Source: a virus
DNA length: 64,000 nt
Virus record (IMG/VR): IMGVR_UViG_3300035670_000035
Coordinates: 32,001 to 96,000 of that record
Reading direction: 5' to 3' (one strand)
Positions 46,330 through 55,432 of the stretch are shown here, piece by piece. Below the pieces are notes generated by a model, which did not search any database, was not told the DNA's origin, and worked only from the letters and a program-made list of their open reading frames with translations. The number at the start of each line of letters is the position of its first letter. The stretch's first letter is position 1. Position numbers and translations under genes: made by a program.

Positions 46330-48246
46330 ATGAGGAAAAAGAAACTAGTATATCAATCTGATTTTAGTTTAGCAAAAACTGGCTTTGGAAGAGCTGCCAA
46401 AGCCTTATTGTCTTATTTGTATAAAACTGGGAAATATGATATAACACATTATTCTTGTGGATTAACTTATAATCATCCAGAATTTGAAAGAACCCCTTGG
46501 AAAACAGTTGGTTCCTTACCAAATAACCCTCAAGAGATACAAGAGTTAAATAAAGATCCTAATGTTGCTAGATTAGCGAGCTACGGAGCTCATTATCTAG
46601 ATAAGGTAATACAAGAAGAAAAACCAGACGTATATATTGCAGTTCAAGATATATGGGGCATTGATTTCGCAATCGATAAAAAATGGTTTGATAAAATTAC
46701 ATCTGTACTATGGACCACATTAGATTCTTTACCGATTTTACCAACCGCAGTAGAAAAAGCTCCAAAGATTAAAAATTATTGGATATGGAGTGATTTCGCT
46801 ACAAAAGCACTGCATGATCTTGGACATAAACATGTTGAAACTGTACACGGACCTATTGAAGTTAAAAATTTCTATAGATTAGAAAACTCTAAAAGAGAAG
46901 AGCTTAGAAAAAGAAATAATATTCCATTAGATGCTTTTATTGTTGGATTTGTTTTTAGAAATCAACTTAGAAAAAGCGTTCCTAACTTATTAGAAGGATA
47001 TGCTTTATGGAAAAGATCTAATCCACAAATCAAAAATACATATCTATTATTCCATACACATTGGTCAGAGGGATGGAATATACATAGACTTGCAAAAGAA
47101 TATGGAATTGATTTGAAGGAAATATTAACAACTTATGTTTGTAAAACATGTGGAAATTATGAAGTAAAACCTTTTTATGGTCAAGATATTGATTGTAGAT
47201 TCTGTGGCACTAAAAAATCTCAAACCACAACAAATGTTGGATTAGGGGTTACAGAAGAACAACTAAATGAAGTATACAATATCATGGATGTTTATTGTCA
47301 TCCATTTACTAGTGGTGGACAAGAAATACCAATACAAGAAGCGAAACTAACAGAATTAATTACTCTAGTTACTAACTATAGTTGTGGTGAAGAAATGTGC
47401 CAAGATGAGGCGGCTACATTACCATTAGAATGGTCAGAATATCGCGAGCATGGTACGGAATTTATTAAAGCTTCAACAAAACCAAATTCAATTGCTAAAC
47501 AATTAAATAAAGTATATAATCTGCCAGTTCAAAAAAGAAGAGAAATGGGTAAGAAAGCCAGAGAATGGACTATCAATAATTTTTCTGTTGAAGTTGTAGG
47601 TAAATATATAGAGAATTTTATAGATAATGCACCATTTACAGATTTTGATTTCTCTACAAAGGAAGAGGAAAGAGAGCCTTTTCATAAAATTCCAGAAATA
47701 AAAGATGACGCAGAATGGATAACGTATATGTATCATAATATACTTAAAATGCGTCATGTGGATAATAATGATGATGGTCATAAATATTGGATGAACGAAA
47801 TATCAAAAGGAGTAAAACGACAAGATATTGAAAAATATTTTAGACAAGTTGCTACTCAAGAAAATCAAAAAAATAAAAAAATTACTTTTGAGGAATTGTT
47901 AGGCGAAGGTAATCCAAAAGATAGAATTCTATATGTAATGCCAGAATCTATAGGTGATATTTATATGTCCACAAGTTTATTTGCTTCTATAAAGAAGCAA
48001 TATCCAGATAAAAAATTATACGTCGCAACGAATCCTCAATATTTTACAATATTGGAGGGTAACCCTTTTGTAGATAAAGTCATACAATATACCCCTCAAA
48101 TGGATCAACTATTATGGTTGGAAGGAGTTGGAGATCATAAAGGTTTTTTTGAAATTGCATTTTTACCGCACATAGGCACGCAAAGGATGTTTAATTATCA
48201 ACATAATGGGAAAACTAAAATAGCCTTTGATTTAAAAGATGAATGA
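46330..48246 (+). CDS. Large GT4-like glycosyltransferase with CxxC-CxxC insert and C-terminal GT9-like segment
   Basis: TGFGR, FRNQLRKS, CKTC..CRFC, SGGQEIPIQEAKL; C-terminal ESIGDIYMSTSL..IKKQYP. Confidence 0.8.
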   Translation: MRKKKLVYQSDFSLAKTGFGRAAKALLSYLYKTGKYDITHYSCGLTYNHPEFERTPWKTVGSLPNNPQEIQELNKDPNVARLASYGAHYLDKVIQEEKPDVYIAVQDIWGIDFAIDKKWFDKITSVLWTTLDSLPILPTAVEKAPKIKNYWIWSDFATKALHDLGHKHVETVHGPIEVKNFYRLENSKREELRKRNNIPLDAFIVGFVFRNQLRKSVPNLLEGYALWKRSNPQIKNTYLLFHTHWSEGWNIHRLAKEYGIDLKEILTTYVCKTCGNYEVKPFYGQDIDCRFCGTKKSQTTTNVGLGVTEEQLNEVYNIMDVYCHPFTSGGQEIPIQEAKLTELITLVTNYSCGEEMCQDEAATLPLEWSEYREHGTEFIKASTKPNSIAKQLNKVYNLPVQKRREMGKKAREWTINNFSVEVVGKYIENFIDNAPFTDFDFSTKEEEREPFHKIPEIKDDAEWITYMYHNILKMRHVDNNDDGHKYWMNEISKGVKRQDIEKYFRQVATQENQKNKKITFEELLGEGNPKDRILYVMPESIGDIYMSTSLFASIKKQYPDKKLYVATNPQYFTILEGNPFVDKVIQYTPQMDQLLWLEGVGDHKGFFEIAFLPHIGTQRMFNYQHNGKTKIAFDLKDE

Positions 48247-48880
48247 AGTTAAAGTACTTGTTCCACAATTAATATCTCCAAAAGGAGCTTGGTTTTTTTG
48301 GAAACAAAATGCGGATAATATATTTAATAATTTAACATTTAAAAATAAATATAGAGCCATATACGATGGTTATATCGAAGGTAATGAACATAGATATGCT
48401 AAATTAGTAAAGTTAAGAAATAAAATTATAGAAGATAACTTAAAAGACGAATATACTCATATTTTTTGGATGGATGTAGATATAGTAGAATACCCTTTTG
48501 ATATTATAGAAAAATTACTATCAATTTCCACAACAGAAGTAGTCGCACCATATGTTTATATAGAAGATAATGATTGGTGGCCTTGGAAAAGATTCTATGA
48601 TATTGATGGTTTTATTGATTGTCAAGGAGTCAAATTTGATTTTAAACCACCATATAATAGATCTAATGGAGATATTAAAACAGAAGTTAATTCTGTAGGA
48701 ACTTGTTTTATTATTCCAGCTCATTTACATAAAAAGATAAAATATGATATTAATGATAAAAGATTAGATCATGTAGCTTTTTTTGAGAAAGTTCGCGGTC
48801 TTGGACGTAGAATAATAGTAGAACCAAGTATAGAAATAAGACATGCATTTTTACCTAAATATGGAGAAAATTTTCATTAA
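48239..48880 (+). CDS. GT-A glycosyltransferase, Anp1/Mnn9 (GT62)-like
   Basis: YAKLVKLRN, HIFWMDVDIVEYP, RFYD, VNSVGTCFII. Confidence 0.7.
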   Translation: MNEVKVLVPQLISPKGAWFFWKQNADNIFNNLTFKNKYRAIYDGYIEGNEHRYAKLVKLRNKIIEDNLKDEYTHIFWMDVDIVEYPFDIIEKLLSISTTEVVAPYVYIEDNDWWPWKRFYDIDGFIDCQGVKFDFKPPYNRSNGDIKTEVNSVGTCFIIPAHLHKKIKYDINDKRLDHVAFFEKVRGLGRRIIVEPSIEIRHAFLPKYGENFH

Positions 48881-48883
48881 TTT

Positions 48884-50068
48884 ATGCACCTAATAGAATC
48901 ATATGCAACATCTTCTGGTCTAAAAATAGGAAAACCATTTATTCTAGAATCCTATTTTCCTTTGCCTTTTGAAAAGTATATATCTTTTCAGCCTTTTAGC
49001 AAATATCCAGCTAAGGATTATGATTATTGGCAGGAAGTGATTAATTTAATATTACCACATTTAAAAGCATACAATATCGAAATTGTTCAAATTGGTGGCG
49101 AAAAAGAAAAAATTTTAGAAAATACATATAATACAGTTGGTCAAACTAATATAAGGCAAGCTGCATATATTATTAAAAATAGTATCATTCATGTTGGTAC
49201 AGATAGTTTTGGAGCGCATATTGCTTCTGGTTTTGGTAAAAAAATAGTAGCTTTATATAGTAATAATAATATTAATAATGTTAAACCATATTGGACAAAA
49301 GAAGAAGATATGGTTTTACTTTCACCAGAACTTGAATGTAAACCTAGTTATGCTGCCCAAGAAAACCCTAAAAGTATTAATAATATAAAACCAGAAAAAA
49401 TTGCACAAGCCATTTTAAAACTTCTAAAAATTAAAAATAATTTAAATACATTAGAAACGATTTATGTTGGTAAAGTTTTTAATAATAAACTTTTTCATAT
49501 TGTTCCAGATCATATAGTTCAGAGATCTAGTCTAATAGACCATTGCGTTTCTAGAATGGATATATTATTCAATGAAAATAATTTAAGAAATCAATTAAAA
49601 ATAATGCCATGTATTATCGCCACGAATAGACCAATAGATATAAATATATTACTAGAAAATAGGACTCATGTAATAGGCATAAATTGTTTTATAGAAGATG
49701 AAACTAATCTTGAATTCATTAAACAATTAAAAAATGCTAATATTAAATATCAATTATACTCTTATCTTTCAGAAGAAGACTTAAATAAATATAAATTAGA
49801 TTATTTAGATTATGGTATAATTGCTAAGATTAATCTTCAACATCCAAAAGTAGAGGAAATTATTAACAAATATAAATCTAATAATTTATATTATAAATCA
49901 AATAACCTAATTCTTAGTAAAGGTAATGTATTTCTAAGCGAAAAAGCTTTTTTTGATAATAAACCAGTTAATTCAATTAATGAAAATATGCAGGAATTTT
50001 ATGATATTAAAATAATAAATGAGAATCCTGAAAAGTTTTATATCTTTAATATGAACTTGACACAATAA
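48884..50068 (+). CDS. GT9-like glycosyltransferase
   Basis: KDYDYWQEVI, IVQIGG, IHVGTDSFGAHIASGFGKKIVALY. Confidence 0.75.
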   Translation: MHLIESYATSSGLKIGKPFILESYFPLPFEKYISFQPFSKYPAKDYDYWQEVINLILPHLKAYNIEIVQIGGEKEKILENTYNTVGQTNIRQAAYIIKNSIIHVGTDSFGAHIASGFGKKIVALYSNNNINNVKPYWTKEEDMVLLSPELECKPSYAAQENPKSINNIKPEKIAQAILKLLKIKNNLNTLETIYVGKVFNNKLFHIVPDHIVQRSSLIDHCVSRMDILFNENNLRNQLKIMPCIIATNRPIDINILLENRTHVIGINCFIEDETNLEFIKQLKNANIKYQLYSYLSEEDLNKYKLDYLDYGIIAKINLQHPKVEEIINKYKSNNLYYKSNNLILSKGNVFLSEKAFFDNKPVNSINENMQEFYDIKIINENPEKFYIFNMNLTQ

Positions 50069-50085
50069 ATAAAGTATATTATACT
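50057..50085 (+). promoter_or_regulatory. Sigma70-type promoter
   Basis: TTGACA, 17 nt, TATACT. Confidence 0.75.
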
Positions 50086-50094
50086 ATACTTAAT

Positions 50095-50874
50095 ATGGAA
50101 AATACAGAATCTACCATCATCCAACCAAATATTAAATTTATTGAAGAAGTTCTAGAGCCAGAACCGCTAAATAAGCCACCAAAAGTATCTACAAGAAATA
50201 AATATGGTCTTATTGAAGATGAAGGCGTAAAGTACATCTACAATGATGATGGAACCATAAATTGGCGTAAAATGGTCAAAACAGAATACCTTGTTCCAAA
50301 TAGACAAAAAACTCAAGAGACGGATGTTTCAAAACTCGAAGATAAAGACCTGTTGATTCTTCTTGGTGGTATTAAAGAGCTTGCTCAAATTCGTGGTTAT
50401 ACTAGTGTCGAATATAAAGTCGTGGCCGCTTCGGAAGGATATTTTGCTACATCATGTAAGATAAAATGGATTCCCAACTATGAAACTAATGGTAGAGTTA
50501 TTGAATTTGAAGCTCTTGCTGATGCTACAGTAAATAATACAAAATCATTTGCTAGATTTTTCTTAGCAGCAATTGCAGAAAATAGAGCTTTTGTAAGATG
50601 TGTTCGTAACTTTTTAAAAATAAATATTGTATCTCAAGAAGAATTAGGCGATGCAAAACTTTTAGACGAAGGTACTGTTATTCAAGATAACCCAACTTCT
50701 CCACATGTTCTTTTAGAAAAAGTTATGAAAGATAAAAATATATCTTTTGATATATTAAAAAATAAACTAATAAAAGAAAAATTTGATAATGCAGAAAATT
50801 TAAATAATATTAATGATATTCCCAAGGCAAAAATTTTTGAGCTTATTGATAGGCTTAAAAAATTTAACAAGTAG
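50095..50874 (+). CDS. Putative Rad52/Sak-like single-strand annealing protein
   Basis: LLGGIKELA, FEALADA..N..AAIAENRAFVRCVRNFLKI..EE resembles the AxAETRAxxRAxR motif. Confidence 0.55.
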   Translation: MENTESTIIQPNIKFIEEVLEPEPLNKPPKVSTRNKYGLIEDEGVKYIYNDDGTINWRKMVKTEYLVPNRQKTQETDVSKLEDKDLLILLGGIKELAQIRGYTSVEYKVVAASEGYFATSCKIKWIPNYETNGRVIEFEALADATVNNTKSFARFFLAAIAENRAFVRCVRNFLKINIVSQEELGDAKLLDEGTVIQDNPTSPHVLLEKVMKDKNISFDILKNKLIKEKFDNAENLNNINDIPKAKIFELIDRLKKFNK

Positions 50875-52237
50875 AAGCAGCTTGTGTGGAATTAGCCTTG
50901 GATTTCGTAGAGCCAATATCTCCAGCACCTAAATTAAAAGCCGAATCTTTACCTAAAAGTTTACATCCGCCAAATAGCTGTGGTAATATATTATACGAAG
51001 CCATTCTTAATATTAACTCCATTGAAGATAAGTCATTAGGAAGAGCTATATTATAAGCTGTTGTTGGTACGCCAAAAAGATCTAAAGCTCCTGTATATGG
51101 AACTCCATTAGATTTAATACCTAGGGTACTCATAACCGTATCTTGAATTATAATTTTAGGATAATATAAAAAAGCTTTTTTTGATCTACAAATATAAGGT
51201 CCAAATATTGATTTTTCTTTCTGTGGATTTGGATATCCCTTTTGACGCGTACCAGATACAATTGTTTTATAATCAGAAAAGTCAATATGTACAGAAATTG
51301 GTCTAAGAATACTATTTATTTGAACTTTTAATTTATCTAATATCGCTTTTTCTCTCTCTTGGGATCTTAAAATAAAAGCTTTATCAGAATATTTTGATGA
51401 AAGTTTATTTAATTGATCATATTTTATAGTACTATTTGCTTTTAAAGTTTCTATAAACATTTCTATATTTTCTTTTTCAATATTCTTAAATATGCTTGAT
51501 GTAAATCCACCTCCACCATTAAACTGATATTTACTTAAAATTGTATCATAACTGGAAGTACCTGTAACTTTTTTAAAACCAGATTCACTAGAAAGATTTA
51601 TTAATTGATCTTTTTGTATTTTTGCTTCGATCTTATCTTCTTTTTGTTCAGTAGGAACGAAAGGATGTTTTCTTTTTACTATTTCTGATAAAATTGTCCT
51701 TTCTTTATTTGCTAAATCTTTCTTTTCATATGTATAATAATCTGTATAACCCATTTTAGGTATTTGAGCTTTGATAACAGAACTAAAAAGCTGATCTACA
51801 ACAACTTGTAATGTAAGCGATATAGATATTGCCGCTAAAAGGGCAAGCAACCCAGTATATCCACCAGTTATTAACATAATCATAAAAGGATCAACTGTAT
51901 ATGGTCTAGAAACAATATCTATATCTAAGCCAAAAGAATTATAATACAAATCACTCATCTGAGTTTCTGTAAAAGCAGCTGGCCTAGCAGTGCCTTCGCC
52001 ATGATCATTTTTATTTCTATCTATTCTTTCTTTTTCTAATGCAGCTTTAACTTCTGGCAGAATATTTTTATCATTTTGCATCATTGAAGTTGCTCCATTT
52101 TTAAAAAATAAATAATGTTGATTTATAGGTAAGGAGCCAAAATTAGTAACCTTATTTAAGACATTTTTTGGATTGTCCATGCCATATTGAAAATTCCAAT
52201 TTGCTGAAGCTAATTCACTCATGTTATTAAGCAGCAC
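50864..52237 (-). CDS. Hypothetical, probable virion/tail protein
   Basis: Last gene of the minus-strand structural block; contains one hydrophobic stretch. Confidence 0.55.
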   Translation of the reverse strand: MLLNNMSELASANWNFQYGMDNPKNVLNKVTNFGSLPINQHYLFFKNGATSMMQNDKNILPEVKAALEKERIDRNKNDHGEGTARPAAFTETQMSDLYYNSFGLDIDIVSRPYTVDPFMIMLITGGYTGLLALLAAISISLTLQVVVDQLFSSVIKAQIPKMGYTDYYTYEKKDLANKERTILSEIVKRKHPFVPTEQKEDKIEAKIQKDQLINLSSESGFKKVTGTSSYDTILSKYQFNGGGGFTSSIFKNIEKENIEMFIETLKANSTIKYDQLNKLSSKYSDKAFILRSQEREKAILDKLKVQINSILRPISVHIDFSDYKTIVSGTRQKGYPNPQKEKSIFGPYICRSKKAFLYYPKIIIQDTVMSTLGIKSNGVPYTGALDLFGVPTTAYNIALPNDLSSMELILRMASYNILPQLFGGCKLLGKDSAFNLGAGDIGSTKSKANSTQAASTC

Positions 52238-52907
52238 CGCTAGGATTATACCAAAAGAATGGATTCATAAAAGGAATTCCGTAAGCAACTGGATTTCCAT
52301 CATAATTAAAAGTAGTCATCATTATATTATAGTCTATAGTTTGAACTAATTGATAAAGTTTAGCTTGTTTATTATCTGCACCACCACCAATTAAAACCGT
52401 AGTACCAACCTGTGAATCATCTTTTGTTAGATATGCAAGGGGAAATATAGCTGCCGTTTGTCTTCTATAAACTATATTACTTTTTAAGTTTCCTTGTTCA
52501 TCAAATTCTATTGGTGGATTGTATTCGAATGGCTCTGGATATCCACTCCAAGGATTAGATATATCTGATACTATAATGTCCGCACTATTAGCATATAAAT
52601 TTGGTCCGATTCCAACTTTTAAATAAATAATATGACTATCTTTATCTTCTGAAAGTTCTAGTTCTGTACCTAAATTATTAATAATATGCCCACTAATATT
52701 TCCTCCTTCAAAACTTTCTATTGTAGATTTTGTATTATCATCTAAAAAGCCACTCCATATCATCATATCTTTTAAATTAAAAGATCTATATATTACAGAT
52801 CTTGGCTCTACAATTGCATAAGTTTTATTATCTTTTTTTACTATTGTTACTTCAAATGGCCTAAAATTATTAGAAGTTGTAGTTGTTATAGATTTAAATA
52901 TTTGCAT
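52227..52907 (-). CDS. Hypothetical, probable virion/tail protein
   Basis: Beta-rich ORF coupled within the structural block. Confidence 0.55.
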   Translation of the reverse strand: MQIFKSITTTTSNNFRPFEVTIVKKDNKTYAIVEPRSVIYRSFNLKDMMIWSGFLDDNTKSTIESFEGGNISGHIINNLGTELELSEDKDSHIIYLKVGIGPNLYANSADIIVSDISNPWSGYPEPFEYNPPIEFDEQGNLKSNIVYRRQTAAIFPLAYLTKDDSQVGTTVLIGGGADNKQAKLYQLVQTIDYNIMMTTFNYDGNPVAYGIPFMNPFFWYNPSGAA

Positions 52908-54547
52908 TAGGCTACTCCAGTAAATCTTATGTTTATATTTTCTGCATCATTTAATGATATTTTTAATTCAGCTATATCATCAAAAATTCTATTATTAGGA
53001 TTAGAATATTCGACTTGAATATTATATAGATTAATAATAGGATCATCTATAAAATTACTTATATATTTAATTCCAGTTGTAGAAGTATATTCGGGAAATG
53101 CATTTGCTATAATGTAAGATATATTATTATCCGAAACATAAAGCCTCCAGACATCTTCGAATTTCTTCAATCCTAAAACGCCAGTTAAATTTCCTGTAAC
53201 AAAATTTGAATATCCAGTTGTCATTAATCCAGTAGCTAATACAATTGAATAAACATTACCACTAAATATACCAGTTGGCGTTAATGGTGCATAATAAGTT
53301 ATTCCGCTTTGTAAAAAGTCTGGGGCATCAAAAAATGGTCTTGTTGGACTTCCAAATGATTCTACAGATATTAAATTACCACTTTCTCCAGAAGTTGCAG
53401 AAACAATTTTTAATTTTCCACCAGCAATTTCTGAAGTTATTCCATATGATGTGGTTCCAGAATTAATAATATTATTTAAAGTATTTAAAGAATCAAAATA
53501 TAGAGGAGGCCTAAATAATGGACCCGTACTAAAAGTAAACGTACTTAAAACATCTAAATTTGGATTTGTTATATTTATAAAATCAAATTCTTCTGGATCA
53601 TTTAGATTTAAGAAGTTAAATGAATTAGTAAATCCAGTACCAAATCCTTGATTTGCAGATAGTACGTTTCCAGTGACTATTTGATTAAAGATATAAATTC
53701 CACTATTAATCTCTAAAACTTGCCCAGTTAATCTTCCTGTTAATTGTGAATAACCAATTAGATTTCTTCTTGATAATTCTGCTCCAATTATATTACCGCT
53801 TACAATTACATTTTGAGTAGATGAAGCGAATCCACTACCTTCACTCATAACTTTATTTAATATAAATATGCCTGGGGGCTCATTAATATTATTTACATTA
53901 TTTTGAATATTTGTAGCAGAGACAACATTAAAACCAGTAAACCAAAAACTTTTTGAATTTTCACCCGTAGTTGTATCTCCGCTCACAGTATAATTAAAAT
54001 TTTTATAGAATGTTACTATGGACGTATCTGGATCATAGAAGTTATCTTTTAGAAGTATTGAGCCAGTATAAACTCCAGTATATCTATTGTCTCTATAAGT
54101 AATTGGAGAGTTTACATAACCAGTAGTCGCTCCATCACTAGACACGATTTCTAAATTTTCATTTATTGGATAAACTTGTCTATTTTTTTGATCATAAAAA
54201 ATTTGTCCACCAGAGAAAAATCCTGTATGATAACCTTGTGCAACATATATTCCAGAAGAATTAGTTGGACCTTCATCAACAAATTCTGCTATTCCTGTAA
54301 TTTTTGGATATAAATCTCCAGAATAAAATGAATCATACATAGTATCTACGCCACTTAAAATAATATTATTCGGATCATATTTACCATAAACGTCATAATC
54401 AGAAAAAAGAGTAATATTATAAATCTTTATAGTATTTAAAGGAACAGATTTAAAACTAATTTTTTTATTACTTAATTCTTTTAAAACTTCTGGCTCCATT
54501 GGAGCTGTCCTAAATCCAGTCATAAATATTCTTGCGTATTTAGCCAT
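52907..54547 (-). CDS. S/T-G-rich probable virion fibre/tail protein
   Basis: About 33 S-G/T-G dipeptides in 546 aa (manual count); beta-strand-like composition. Confidence 0.6.
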   Translation of the reverse strand: MAKYARIFMTGFRTAPMEPEVLKELSNKKISFKSVPLNTIKIYNITLFSDYDVYGKYDPNNIILSGVDTMYDSFYSGDLYPKITGIAEFVDEGPTNSSGIYVAQGYHTGFFSGGQIFYDQKNRQVYPINENLEIVSSDGATTGYVNSPITYRDNRYTGVYTGSILLKDNFYDPDTSIVTFYKNFNYTVSGDTTTGENSKSFWFTGFNVVSATNIQNNVNNINEPPGIFILNKVMSEGSGFASSTQNVIVSGNIIGAELSRRNLIGYSQLTGRLTGQVLEINSGIYIFNQIVTGNVLSANQGFGTGFTNSFNFLNLNDPEEFDFINITNPNLDVLSTFTFSTGPLFRPPLYFDSLNTLNNIINSGTTSYGITSEIAGGKLKIVSATSGESGNLISVESFGSPTRPFFDAPDFLQSGITYYAPLTPTGIFSGNVYSIVLATGLMTTGYSNFVTGNLTGVLGLKKFEDVWRLYVSDNNISYIIANAFPEYTSTTGIKYISNFIDDPIINLYNIQVEYSNPNNRIFDDIAELKISLNDAENINIRFTGVA

Positions 54548-54569
54548 TTTCCTTATACCTTTAAATATA

Positions 54570-54575
54570 TTACAC
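54570..54575 (-). promoter_or_regulatory. GTGTAA motif overlapping the upstream stop codon
   Basis: GTGTAATATA, 22 nt upstream of ATG 54547, with an AAGGA RBS in between. Confidence 0.55.
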
Positions 54576-55430
54576 TGTTAATTTAATTAAATTTTTATAT
54601 ATATTAGGATATTTAATATTTATAACATTTAGAATTTTATCTAAATATTTATCTCTGTGTTCTTTAGAGCTTAAATGAGCAAAAGTCATTATTTTACTAT
54701 CTTTTTCTTTTTCGGTTTCATATATACTATAAGTTTTTAAATTATGATATTTTGCATAAAATGATAAGAATAATTGCTCTGGTATCGTGGGTAAATAAAT
54801 ACTATTATACAAATAAGAAATATTTTTATAAAATTTATTAAAAAATTCAAATAATAATAAAGACTTTTCGGCGTAATCTTTTGCGTACTTTGAGTTTTTA
54901 AAACCTATAATAGAACAATTATATGCTTTAAAAGAATATGCTTCATTCTCATTTTTAAGATTTAAATTTTTATCATAAAAACTATCAACTAAATAATCCC
55001 ATTCTAAAATTAAGTTCTTGGGAACACTTTGAGCAAAAATTTTTAAAAGCTCACCACAATACCATTTTCTTTCTTCTATAATTTCGTCATGCGTATAGAT
55101 TAAATCATTTTGATCTAAAAGATTCGATAAATCTTTAAAGAGAAAAACATCATGATCAATAATTATTTCATCATTCATTTTCTCAAATGTTTTCATTTTA
55201 GAAGAGCTCCAATAATTTCTGTACTTATCGTCGTGATTAATTTCTATAAAATTATCATAATTTAAACCTAAATTTTTACATTTATTAATATGTTCTAAAT
55301 TTGAATATAGATTTATTTTTAATTTTTTTTCTTTTATCAAAAGAAAAGAAAATATCTGGTAAACAAAAAAAATAATATCTGCTCTATTATATTTTAAATT
55401 ATTTGGCAAAAAAGAATGAGCATAAATCAT
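54570..55430 (-). CDS. GT-A-like protein (DUF6734-like) inside the virion gene block
   Basis: YWSSSKMKTF..IIIDHDVFL (DxD), YNCSIIG, IPEQ, late FAHL. Confidence 0.6.
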   Translation of the reverse strand: MIYAHSFLPNNLKYNRADIIFFVYQIFSFLLIKEKKLKINLYSNLEHINKCKNLGLNYDNFIEINHDDKYRNYWSSSKMKTFEKMNDEIIIDHDVFLFKDLSNLLDQNDLIYTHDEIIEERKWYCGELLKIFAQSVPKNLILEWDYLVDSFYDKNLNLKNENEAYSFKAYNCSIIGFKNSKYAKDYAEKSLLLFEFFNKFYKNISYLYNSIYLPTIPEQLFLSFYAKYHNLKTYSIYETEKEKDSKIMTFAHLSSKEHRDKYLDKILNVINIKYPNIYKNLIKLTV

Positions 55431-55432
55431 AT

